This document shows, piece by piece, positions 22,897 through 33,839 of a stretch of DNA of 64,000 bases. This stretch comes from Saprolegnia diclina VS20 (Eukaryota), in contig NW_008246092.1 of the NCBI RefSeq assembly GCF_000281045.1, positions 208,853 to 272,852 on the forward strand, read 5' to 3'. A model generated the notes under the pieces. The model was not told where the DNA came from. It worked only from the letters and a program-made list of their open reading frames with translations, and did not search any database. The position numbers were made by a program, and so were the translations under genes. The number at the start of each line of letters is the position of its first letter. The first letter of the stretch is position 1.

Positions 22897-25265
22897 ATGG
22901 CGTTGGCAGTGTAAGCAGTGCCATCTCGCCGACGCCTGCGCTGCTCGCGCTTATACGTCGCCTTCTTCCATGCCTAGCAGCAGCACGCTCTCGACGAGCT
23001 GCGTAGCGACCTGCGGCGAAGCCTTCCAAGGTCTCTGCGCCTTGTACCTGGGCGAGTCGGCCGCCACGGACTGCCCGGCCGCGTCCACCATGGCGCCCTG
23101 TCAGCGGTCGTCGCGGACAACGTACTATCAATGCTTCAACGTTACTGGCACGTCGCTGACGCTTGCGCTCGGGAGCGAGCCGAGCTCGGAGACGCCCGTG
23201 GCCAACGTCGGCGCTGTCGGCGCCTTGGAGCTGGGGCCGCTCACGTCTTTGTACGAGTCTGATTGCCTGATTGACCTCACGATGGCGGCCGTAGGGCCTT
23301 GCGCGGCCAGGGCAGCACGCCACGGCCCATGGTCTTTGCGAATAGCTTCCTCGCGCGCTCAACAGCACTCACCCATCTGTGCGTGCCATTGGCTACTCGT
23401 CCAAGCTGCCATTTGAACCTACTACTTAGTACGCTCTCGACCCTCGCGGTCCCAATGTTTCCGTCAAAGCAGCTGCCAACGACGCTGCAATCACTGTAAA
23501 TACCACTTCGACTCGTGTTAAGGACCTCATGTTTGCACTTGCAGCGAGCTGATCAAGTGCAACCTGACGACCTGGCCCGTCACCGACGCGCTCGTCAACC
23601 TCACCGCCCTGTACTAGGAATGACGGCTTGCTCGTCACTCAATGTCGTCTTGTCCTAGCGATCTGAGTGACAACCAGTTTCACATTCTGCCCGCAGCGAT
23701 TTCCACCGAGCTTCCGCGCCTCCGCGCTCTGTACGAATGCAGTTGGCTCGTCGATCTTTCTGACGAGCGCCACCGCTAGGAACTTGTCCAAGAACCCGCT
23801 GAGCTTGCAAGAGCTCCAGGCGCCAGCGACAACAACCTTCTTTGCGCGCCTCAATACATTTACCGTCGACGTGCATCTCTGCGGCGGCAGCCTCGTGACT
23901 TCGTTTACGAGCACGTCGGCCCTCGCCGCTGCGTCGTGCACCGCGTCCGACAAGGATTCGGCGCTGACCGCAGCCACATGTACGTTGAGACGTGTCGCTG
24001 TCTCTGGAGCCCTCATGGCGTACTTTGCAGCGCCTTCGCTCCTCTCCCCGTCGGTGATTGCGCTCATCGCGGTGGCCGGCGTCGTTGCCATCCTCGGTAT
24101 TTTGCTTGTGCTCTGGCGCTGCAAGCGCGCGCCGCGGCCCGAAGCCACGCGTCCCATGGAGCGCGTTGCTGACGACGACGACCAAGATACGACGTACTTT
24201 CCCGGTCCCAAGACGAAAGCCTCCTCCACGCATGCCACGTCATCGGTCCGGCCAGGGCTCGTGTCGTCGCTCAAACGGGTTGTGGACCCGGCCATGACGG
24301 CCCTCGCCACCAAGTACACAGCAGACAGCGAGCTCCACGAGCTTGGCCTTCCGAGCGCATTTGTCGTTCCGACGCGGCTCCTCGCGCGCTCAAACGACCG
24401 CGTCTACGAGGTCTGGCTCGGCGCGTTTGAAGACACGCACGTTGCTATCAAGAAGCTCGCGCCGCACGTCACCGACGTCGAGAGCAGCGCATCCGCGCTC
24501 TACGACGAGCTCAAGGGCCTCGCACGCTTCTCGCACCCCAACATCGTGCGCGTCGTCGGTGTCGTCTTGCCGCCAAGTGGTGTCGCCGGCGTGTTTGCCT
24601 ATTGCGCGCACGGCGACCTCCAAAGCGTCCTCGCCACCCACAGCCTCCAGGACGACGCGTGGAGCTGGTTTGAGCGCAAGGTTGGACTCGCACTCGGGCT
24701 TGCACGGGCGCTGGCGTACCTCCACGCGCAGTCGCCCAGTGTGATTCATCGGGACGTGCGCGCGCGGAGTGTCCTTCTCGACAGCCGGTATCGGTGCCAA
24801 CTGAGCCACTTTGGCTCGGCGCGAGCGCGCTCGATTCTCGATACGATGACGCAGGACGTGGGGACGACGCAGTGGACCGCGCCCGAAATGCTGCGTGGCG
24901 AAGACTACTGCGAAGCCATTGACGTCTACTCGTTTGGCGTCGTGCTCACCGAGCTCGCGACGCATGCGCTTCCGTTCCATGACTATGCCCACCGTACGTG
25001 TCATGCTGAGTTTGTGTACATATTGTCTCATCGTCGCGCTGTGGTAGACGACGACCCGAAGCGGGTGCTGGTGCAAGAGCTCATGACGGGCCGCGCGGTG
25101 CCGAGCTTTGGCGACCACTGCCCCGAAGAGGTATCTCGCCTTGGCCGGCAGTGTTTGCAGCTGGACCCGTCCAAGCGGCCGCCGATGGCATCGATTGTCG
25201 AGGCCCTCGAGCGCATTGAGCGCCGGCAGCAGGAGGACGAGCAACACAATGGAATTCTGGTCTAA
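22897..25265 (+). CDS. LRR transmembrane TKL receptor-like kinase, probable pseudokinase (start uncertain)
   Basis: Cys-rich N-cap, LRR exons (LDLSDNQFHILP, LNLSKNPL), TM helix VIALIAVAGVVAILGILLVLW, VAIKKL, HPNIV, HRD, GTTQWTAPE, DVYSFGVVL. Confidence 0.85.
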
Positions 25266-25301
25266 CGTAGTATTATAATGATATGAATCGTGGTGGCGTG
25301 T

Positions 25302-25982
25302 CTATGGCATTTCAAACTCAAAGATGCCGCCGTCCTGCGAGTCGCGCGGGTGCGCCTCGTCGGTGTACTCGTCGTCGTCGCTGTCGTACTCGTCGCGCTC
25401 GTCGATCAAGGGGCGGTCGAACGAGCGGCGGCTGGCCGACATGTCCGCGTACGACCCGCGGCGCATGTCGCGGAGAATGGCCAGCGACGGCGACTGCGAC
25501 AAGAGCGTGTGATTGTCGTCGAGCGTCATGCGCGTCAAGAAGCCGTCGAGCTGCGCCGGGCACGACGATGCAAACTGCACAACTGTCTCGCGCGGGCGCG
25601 GCTGCAGTGGCGCCGGCGCCGTCAACGGGGAGGCAAACCGCTCGTCCGAAAGCGACTCGCGGTTCGGCGGCGGCAGCTCGAGCGGTGGCATGGGCGCTTG
25701 CAGAAAAGCAAATGACGGGTCCGGGAGCGACCCAATCTGTGGCGTCAAGGGCACATGGCGCACGCCACGCGGCGGGTTGTCGTGCAGCGGCCGGCCTGCG
25801 GGGCACGAGTGGGCAAAGGCCTGGAAGCGCGACGGGGACGTAGTGTCGCGATGGATTTGGATCGCGCGGGAGGGCAGCCGCAGGTCGAGCATCTCCTTGG
25901 TCTGTGGCTGGATCGTGATGGGCACGGCGCCGTCGGGCCCGCGGGCGGCGGCGCCGGCCACAAGGTCGGGCGGGCTCAGCAT
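25302..25982 (-). CDS. Intronless Pro/Ser-rich disordered hypothetical protein ending GGIFEFEMP
   Basis: ORF from MLSPPDLVAG; repeated (H/S)SCPA and GSLP motifs; acidic tail. Confidence 0.7.
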   Translation of the reverse strand: MLSPPDLVAGAAARGPDGAVPITIQPQTKEMLDLRLPSRAIQIHRDTTSPSRFQAFAHSCPAGRPLHDNPPRGVRHVPLTPQIGSLPDPSFAFLQAPMPPLELPPPNRESLSDERFASPLTAPAPLQPRPRETVVQFASSCPAQLDGFLTRMTLDDNHTLLSQSPSLAILRDMRRGSYADMSASRRSFDRPLIDERDEYDSDDDEYTDEAHPRDSQDGGIFEFEMP

Positions 25983-26731
25983 GTTCGCGCTTGTCTGGTC
26001 GGCGGCTCTGCTGCTCGTGGTTGGCCTTGCAACCCGCAAACTGAGCCGATTTTGTAATAAAATTCCAGTAATCTTTTACCCGTTGGTCCACTTGCTGCAT
26101 TAAATACCTTGCATTTTGTATGTTCGTGGAATAAAAATGCGGTCGCCGCCCACGAAATTCGAGTTGAATTGCGCCAGCTGGCCTTTATTATATTTTATGG
26201 AAACCTCCGGCGGCGCTGGCCCTCTGGTCGCGCTGGCAACGTGCCATGGAGATAAGAAGGAGGAGCGGGCGACAGATGGGTCCCGACGCCAGCGCTCCCA
26301 GCGCTGCTCGACAGACCATTTGCTGCCATGCACGCCACGCGTCGACCGTGGAGCATGCCATGCATTCCGACGCCACCAACGGGCGTACAGTCCAGTGCTT
26401 GGCGCAGAAAAGACATGCGATCGCCTCTTCGCTTGGTGTGTGGCTGCCACGCAGCCAGCTTGGCCCGGCCACTGCGACCTTGCCGGCGAGGAATCAAGCT
26501 CAGCTCGCCACGCTTTGCGTGAATGTTGGTCCTGGCGGTCGCTGGCCTTCGCCCACTTGCAGATTCGAGCGGGGCGAACGATGCCGTCGCAACGACCGCC
26601 GCGCGGCCCGCGCCTCGGGCCGCGACCAAGCCCGACAACGCCAGTACCACCGCTGCAGCTGCCCGCCCCGCCACCGCCCTTGCCACCGCCCATAGCCCTC
26701 GTGGCACACGTGACAACGACGACGTGCTTGG

Positions 26732-29100
26732 TTACTTTTCAGAAGGCACTTGGTCGAGCAAGAACTCGGTCCATGCGTCGCTAAAGCTCTTGCCGGCCAC
26801 GTCGACGGGCGGATCGGACGATGCGCCTTGGAAGAGTCGGCCGAGCGACCGCAGCTGAAGTCGCAGCGGGTTCCCAAGCAACCGCTCCTTGTCGTCGTCC
26901 GTGCAGCCCTGCAGCGTTGTCATGAGCGCGACGACGCGCTTTCCGACGTACCAGAATGCGCGCAATGACCTCGAGTACGTCGTGCTTGTTGGGGCTCTCG
27001 TGGAACTGAATCTACAGTCGACGTGATCAGCGCAAGCGCCGCCACTCGGCCACGCACCATCATTTGGATGGCCATGCGCTTGTCAATGTTGTCAACGTCG
27101 TCGCCCAGATGCTGCGCCGTCCGGTCCAGCGCCTACACAGCGTCAAGGCATGCCACACCCGCGTCGGACCCGACACGACTCACCTCACGCAGCCGGTCGC
27201 ACTCGACTTGCTTCTTCTCCAGGATCCCGAGCACACGCTTGAGGTCAACCTCGTGCTCGGACGTTGGCGCCGGTGCCGGTGCAGGGGCTCGCAGCGCGGC
27301 GATTTGAGCTTCGTACGCTTGCATTTCGCGCTTCCGGTCGGCTTCAAACTGCAGAAAGATGGCGTGTGCGTTCGCGAGCTCCGACTGCAGTCGCTCGGCG
27401 TCCTAGGCAAAGTTGACACATAAACAGGCGCAATAGAGCGAAACAGTACCTGCTCGGCAATGTGCTTGTCGGCTTGAAGGAGCGTGAGCTGCGTCGTGAG
27501 CTCAAACGTCTCTTGTTCGGTGAGCGAGCTCGCGTTCGCCTGGGCATGCTGTACCCATTGGGTCTGCTCCAGCGCATACGCCTCCTTGGTCGTTTTTAGC
27601 TCATCGTTGAGCGCGTAGACAAGGTGCTCGAGCTCGGCGAGGCGGTCCAGTGCCGCCTCTTCCTTCTCGTGCATCTCTTCCTGCAGCGACGACTCTTGCG
27701 TATGTACCACGCGCTTGAGTTGAGCCAACTAGAGTAGCGCGTCGATCAAATCATGTCGTACACGGTAGGTACTTGGTCGGCGAGTTCGGCCGCTTCCTCG
27801 GTCAGTTGGTCGTTCTGGCGCGTGAGCTAGTACATTTTTCATATGAGTCTATCGCAGCAGGTGGAAACGACAGTACCTGCTTGGTTTTGGTCTGCAGCGC
27901 TCGAATCGTCGCGTCCTTCTCCGGCACGAGACTGGCCGCCGCCGACGCCTCTTTGGCTTTGGCCGACGTCGCAGCAAAGGCATTCTGGAGGGCGTCGTGC
28001 TCGAGCATGTGCGTCTCCAGCGTCTTTTGCGTCTACAGCCATCGTTATAATTGACGTTTCGCACATGAGAGGGCACCTGCGCAAGCTTGCTGCTCGCGAG
28101 GCTCAGTTGCTGCTCGACGCGACCGGCGCGGTCTTGGTCAGCCACCATCTTTTGTGTGAGCTGATCCAATTTGGCTTTGGCCGCGACAGTCCAGTCGGCG
28201 ACCGTCGCCGTCGCATCGAGGCGAGCGTCGTGCGAGAGGAGAAACGCGTGCAGGGCGTTCTTGAGCAGCTTGACGTCGCCTTCCAGGGCCGAGATACGGG
28301 CTGCTGCCAGCGTTGCATACTCGGCCACCTGTACATTGGATTCCATCGACAGGTGCAAAGAGGTGGGCGCTCTACCGTCGAGGACAAGGACGTTGCTTCG
28401 GCGGGCGACGCGCCCGATGGAAGCACTTTGGAGAGCGTCGTCATGGCGAGCACGAGCGGCCCGTCGGTGGCCGACTCAGCGTCGGGCGGCGATGTCCGGT
28501 GCAACGCATGCGCCACCTTGGTTTCGGCTTGGAGCTGCGATAGCTTTTGGTCAGTCGTTTGGTTTTGGGCAACAAGTGACGCGACTTGATCGTTGAGGGA
28601 CGCGAGCTCGGCGTCCTTTGCAGCAACCGCCGCATGGAGCTTGGCCACGTCGGCAAGAAGCGCCTTCTTCTCGTCTTCCGTCTTGGTCAAGATGCTGCTC
28701 GCGTCGGGATCACGTGTCTACGAAGCATGAGTTTGTGCAGCTTGCACGAAGGCGAGACCTGACTGCGTGGCGGCGTGGCGGCTAAGCGCTGCTGCAACCC
28801 TTCAATCTACGGTCTCGTGAGAGCTTGCTCCTCAAAAGCGCTTCGCTGCACCTCCTTGAGCGCGGCTTCATGCTCGTGGCGCTTGCGGATGAGCGACCGC
28901 TCGAGGTCAAGGACGTAGGCGTCGAGGTCGTCGTCGTCGTCGTCGTCGTTGCCTTTGCCGATGGACCGCGGCTGGGCGCGTGGCGAGAGGCCTTCCGCAG
29001 GCGACAAGGCGCCCTCGTCGCCCGCAGCGACGATCTCGCGCAGGTCGTTCGTGAGCTCGCCAGCATACGTCGCGAGCTGCCCCGTGATTGCGCCCCACAT
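26732..29100 (-). CDS. Coiled-coil golgin with C-terminal GRAB-like domain (GMAP-210/Rud3-like), multi-exon
   Basis: Amphipathic MWGAITGQLATYA N-terminus, long coiled coil, NIDKRMAIQMM..DVLEVIARILGCTDDDKERL..SFSDAWTEFLL. Confidence 0.75.
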
Positions 29101-29277
29101 GATGCTGCTCACGGCCTCGCTAAATGGCCGTCTCCGATTGGCCGTTGCCGCGACAGGGCAAAGGTTCGTCAGGCCAAGGTATTTGTTTGATTCTGAGCTG
29201 TCAAAATCCATCATGGTTCTTAAAGCCAGGCTTTATACTGGAAGCGAACCCACCAATGGTGGCCTGTCGGGCACAGT

Positions 29278-30183
29278 ATGGACGGCCGGCTCGAGGTCGA
29301 GATCGAGGCCTACGGCCATGCCACGGACCTCATGCACCTCCTGGACCTCGGCGAAAGCGACAAGGCAACGTGGAACATGAAGTCCGACGCCATGAGCCGC
29401 TTCGTAGACGGACTCACGGCGCTCGCCGCGCTTGCCTGTGACGACCGCGGTGTCCAAGTGCGCCGGATGCTCCTCGCCCAAGGCGCCAACGTCGTGCAGC
29501 ACATCGTGGACGCGCTCAAGTGCCGTGACGTCCTCCTCAAGTGCAAGAGTGCGAGCGCCTTGGGCTCCATCTGCATGTGCAGCGAAGCGTGTGCGGAGCT
29601 CATGGCAGCTCACGGCGACGCGATCGTACATGGTTTGATGCGCATGGTCGCCGGGAAGAACCGATGGGCCCAAGGCGACGCGATCTTCGTGCTGGGCTGG
29701 ATCGTGCGATGGGTAGATGACGACGGCGACGCTGGGCCGCTCGAGACCATCGCCGGTGCTGTCCCGAGTGCCTGCGACATGGTGCTCTCGAGCATGGCGC
29801 CAACCGACGACGCGCCGACCGACGAGAGCATTGAAGACCGCGAGTCGAACCTCCGCATCTACCCGTTTGTGTTCCTTCTCAACTGGTACCAGCACAAGTC
29901 GCTCACGCCAGCACTGCCTTCTGTCCTGGACGCCGTCGCGTCGGCGATCCACGCCGCAGTGCACCAGCCGACGCTTGCCGAGGTCGCCGTGATCGCTCGC
30001 CTCTCGACCTCACTGCTGCTCTCGCTTGTCGACAAGGACGCCGCCATTGTTTGTCCGCTCGTGCTCGAGAGGAAGATGCTCCCGGACGTGGCCAGGCTCA
30101 GCCGCCGTCGCTTTGATGGCGACGATGACATCGTGGCGGACCAATGTCGCGTGGTCTTGGACTTGATTGTTAAGACGAGATAA
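29278..30183 (+). CDS. Intronless ARM/HEAT-like helical repeat protein, 301 aa
   Basis: Long ORF; ARM-like segments (IVDALK..KSASALGSIC; LMRMV..QGDAIFVLGWI). Confidence 0.75.
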   Translation: MDGRLEVEIEAYGHATDLMHLLDLGESDKATWNMKSDAMSRFVDGLTALAALACDDRGVQVRRMLLAQGANVVQHIVDALKCRDVLLKCKSASALGSICMCSEACAELMAAHGDAIVHGLMRMVAGKNRWAQGDAIFVLGWIVRWVDDDGDAGPLETIAGAVPSACDMVLSSMAPTDDAPTDESIEDRESNLRIYPFVFLLNWYQHKSLTPALPSVLDAVASAIHAAVHQPTLAEVAVIARLSTSLLLSLVDKDAAIVCPLVLERKMLPDVARLSRRRFDGDDDIVADQCRVVLDLIVKTR

Positions 30184-30838
30184 GAGAGACGTTGTATTTA
30201 GAAGGAGCGTCGTATTGAGTTGCATTTTGTCTTTGTTATAGTCTACCTTCTGAGCTTTATAAGAAATCTTGTATTGGGGTGTTGTATGTTTCACTTCTTA
30301 GTTCCGGCCCGATCGCTGAGGTAGGCGAGTAGGCGGATGAGGAAATGAGCTTTCTCTGGGCGCTGCGTGAAGAGTCGCGTTCACATTGCCGAAGCAACAA
30401 CGAAAGTACTCCAAACCGAGCAGGGCCGACGCTGTCTCTAGTCGCTACTACAAGTACGATTCCTAGTCTACTACGGCACAACTCCACTGGGAATCTTGTC
30501 AAAACGCGGCAAATTCGAAAGTGAAATGACTGGGCCCCGCGGCCTATTTATTATACCAGGTGTGGTATCCGGATATAATATCATTTGTGAAGGGTTTATG
30601 CACCGTGAAGATCGGATAAAAACACCATGTTTTGAAGCGTCACTCGTGCATACGACGGGCAGCGCGCAGGAAAATGTGGCCGCCGATCGGGTACTGCGAA
30701 GATTGAGTTGGCATACACGGCGTCCATAGTCTCTTTTGACGTTTATGTCGGCGTATTTATGAGAATCGATCGGGTCTGCACAGCTAACACACATGAGAGT
30801 TGGGTGATTTTAACCTATTGGCCATAAAAGATCGACAA

Positions 30839-32245
30839 ATGGAGCCGCCGGTCCCAACGCTGCTCGAGCTGGCGCTACGTGCGATCGCCAACAACATATT
30901 CTGCTTTTACAAGTACGTACCAACGACGAATCAAGTAGAAACGTGGTCGTAGTTCTGCACTGCTGGACGAAGGCTCGTTGCCCGACGCCTTTCAGCATCT
31001 CCTGCATCGCTTCGACGTGGCGCACGCCCAAGGTCTTCGCGATGGCAACTACCTCCGGGACATTTGCAAGCGGCAAGTAACGAAGCTTGGCGCGTTCAAG
31101 ATGCTTGCTACTATCTACGAGCAGCTACTATGGGGTCCCAAGCATTCGTGGACGCCCGATGAAATTGTCCGACCTCTCGTCGTCGTCAAGCCTTTTCGCA
31201 ATTCGAAGTTCTTTGCTGTAGGAGTACTTTGGCTTGTCTGGATTGGTTGCTATCGGCTTGGCCACGTCTGTGAACCCCAGCCCCGCATCCGCGACCGCTC
31301 ATGACGACGATGGCGCCATGATCGAGGTGACAAAGTTGCGTGGAAGAATGGACTAACCGTGATCGTGTAGGTCGACCAAACCTTTGCCTCGGATCGCCGC
31401 GTCCTCGATATCCCTATAACAGAGCCAACGGTCACGGTCCAAACCATGACGGTCGTCGCCAAGAGTCTCGAGCCGCTGACGAATGTGTTTGCACACGCGA
31501 TAGCCGTACGACGCCTCGTCTCAAAACCTCATCCACTGTCGGCGGATCACGTAGGATATTCTCTTGCGCTACGATCAGCTCGTTGAGATTCGGCTTGTGT
31601 CGTGCCTCTTGGGCCCAGCGGGTGTCGTGCTTCTCGCCGCCAGCGCCGCCGTGCGTCACTGTTGCGTGCGCTAACGCACTCGGACACCTCTTTCGTAGAC
31701 GTCCAAGTCGCTCCGGGTCCTCGACTTGAGCAACGACTGGACCGAGCACGATGCGAGCTGCGACAACGTGGTTGGCAGCCACGGCGCGATCGCAGTCGCG
31801 TCGGCCATCTCCACGGCACCGTCCTTGACCAAGGTGGCGAGGGTCGTTTTACCACTTTGTGATTTCAAGTGTGCAGGTGGCTCTCAATGGCACGCGACTT
31901 GGATACAAAGGCGGGTGTGCGCTGGCAGTTGCTATCGGCCACTCGCGTTCGCTTCGGTGCTTGCATCTCCGTCGGTACCTCTCTTAGCGCCGCAGTCCAT
32001 CGTCGAATGCACTATTGGTAGCTGCCAAAGCGTCGCCCGCGCCGCGCCAGCGCTGCTTGCCGCCTACAACGCCTCCCCTTCGTGCGTTCTGACACCAAAC
32101 ATCATTTGCGAAGCCTCTCATGTTTGCTAGGCTTGCTGATTTGGACATGGAGTGGTGTCGACTGCCAGCCGGTCTCGGTGTCCAGCTGCTTGATCTGCGC
32201 GGCCGACGTCAGGCCTCGGCCCCCGAGACGGCGGCAACTAACTAA
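30839..32245 (+). CDS. BC-box-like N-terminus plus RNI-type LRR protein, multi-exon
   Basis: MEPPVPTLLELALRAIANN. Spliced exons give LGPAGVVLLA, SLRVLDLSN, SLTKVALNGTRLGYKGGCALA, LADLDMEWCRL. Confidence 0.65.
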
Positions 32246-32376
32246 CAAAGACAATATTATACAACACCTATTTGCATGTCCTGGGCATTGGTGTCACAAG
32301 CGTAGTTGACAATCGACAAAATAGTGTCCTAGGCGATAAGGGGTAGGGTGCGTTGATAACGGTCGAATAAACGCGG

Positions 32377-33595
32377 ATGCTGTCCAAGAAGGAACGGGCC
32401 GAAGAAGATGCGCTGCTCGAGCAGCAGCTAATGACGCAGGGACCGAAAGGGCTCCTCGCTCTCTTCACCGGTAGCGATGGGAAGAAGGCCAAGAAGGCAA
32501 AGGCACCCAAGCTCTTCATGGAGCTCTCGCGCGCGCAACAGCGCGTCCAGGGAAAGAACGCGCCCATGTTGCGCCAAATGGACGGCGACACGATCCACGA
32601 CAAGTTGTCCTCGTATAAAAAGACGATTCGCTTCCACATCAACGGTACGACGACGGCACACGAGTACCTCATGCGACACACGGCCGTAGCGGCGCACGAT
32701 GAAGCGATCACAATGGTCCGAGACATTCGCTCCGGGCACCAAGACGTCAACGCGCGGGATGTATGTATTTGGCGCTTTGGACTCTGTGTGTACCGCAGTC
32801 AGCGTGTAGGAAAAGGGGCGCAGCGCCTTGCACTTCGCCTGCCGCATGGTCAACTTCACGGTGTTGGCACCGAGAAACTATGAACCATTCGCGCGTAGGG
32901 CTCCGAAGCCGCGATTGCGACACTCATCAAGGAGGAAGGGTCGATCGACGAGCCCGATGTAAGCGTGCAAATGCCCCATGTTGTCGCTCCATAGGACGGT
33001 GCTTAGCTCGACATGCGGTGGACACCGCTGCACTACGCGGTCATGGGCAAGCACAAGTATGCTGCTGGTCTCTTGCTCAAGTACGCGCCGTCGCCGTACG
33101 TGACGGTGAATCGGCGCGATGTAATCTATCTCTTCTCTCGCGTGGGACGGAGACACGTTTGTTATAGAAAATTGGGACCACGCCCCTCATGCTGGTGGGA
33201 ACATGCAGCGCATGCAACGCCTCAAGGGAGATGCCATGTAGGCGGCTGCGGAAGGCCATGCTACCATTGTTCGCTTCCTCCTTGACCGTTTGGCTGACAT
33301 CAACGACCGCGATGTACGCGCTTGTGACGAGCTCTGTGATGGTGACATGACGAATTCTAGAACGAAGGCCTCACCGCGCTTCACTACGGTAAAGGCTATT
33401 CGAGAGCGACACGGTGGTGGACGATACCGATCCCTAGCGGCGCTAACGGACCGCGTCAAGGCAGCGGAAGTGCTTCTCGAGTATAAGGCTGACACGGACA
33501 TTCGCACCAAAGCCAGTGGAGAAACAGCTCTCGAGATGGCCGAGCGCCTCGGCTCGCACTTGGTGTCGATTGTGCTTTTTGAGTTTGAGAAATAA
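32377..33595 (+). CDS. Ankyrin repeat protein, multi-exon
   Basis: DVNARD..ALHFA, WTPLHYA, TALEMA, AAEGHATIVRFLL. Confidence 0.85.
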
Positions 33596-33839
33596 ATAAT
33601 GTCGAATGAAGTCTTCTACCCTCCCAGACCTAAAGGCAGATAAATCACCAGCTGTTGAAGGCTCATGCCACAGGACACAGCATCCCAACCCAGCCACGGG
33701 CCGTTTTCACACAGCAATTGAGTGAGATCAATCGACGTTCTCACACGTTCGGGTGGTCGTCTCCCCCGGAATACCGGATCAAAATAGGCATCGCCGTTGG
33801 CTACCGGTTCAGTTGCATTTCCATTTCAAAGCGCAAAGG

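Noticed and set aside
25318..26100. Out-of-frame upstream ATG ORF overlapping the TOS-like gene as a regulatory uORF
   Set aside because: An Inr-like GCTCAGTT at about 26040 suggests transcription starts downstream of that ATG, and the ORF looks like a shadow frame.
26116..26730. Several overlapping 150-220 aa ORFs between the TOS-like gene and the golgin
   Set aside because: Low-complexity Arg/Pro/Ala translations in GC-rich DNA with no domain or convincing gene structure.
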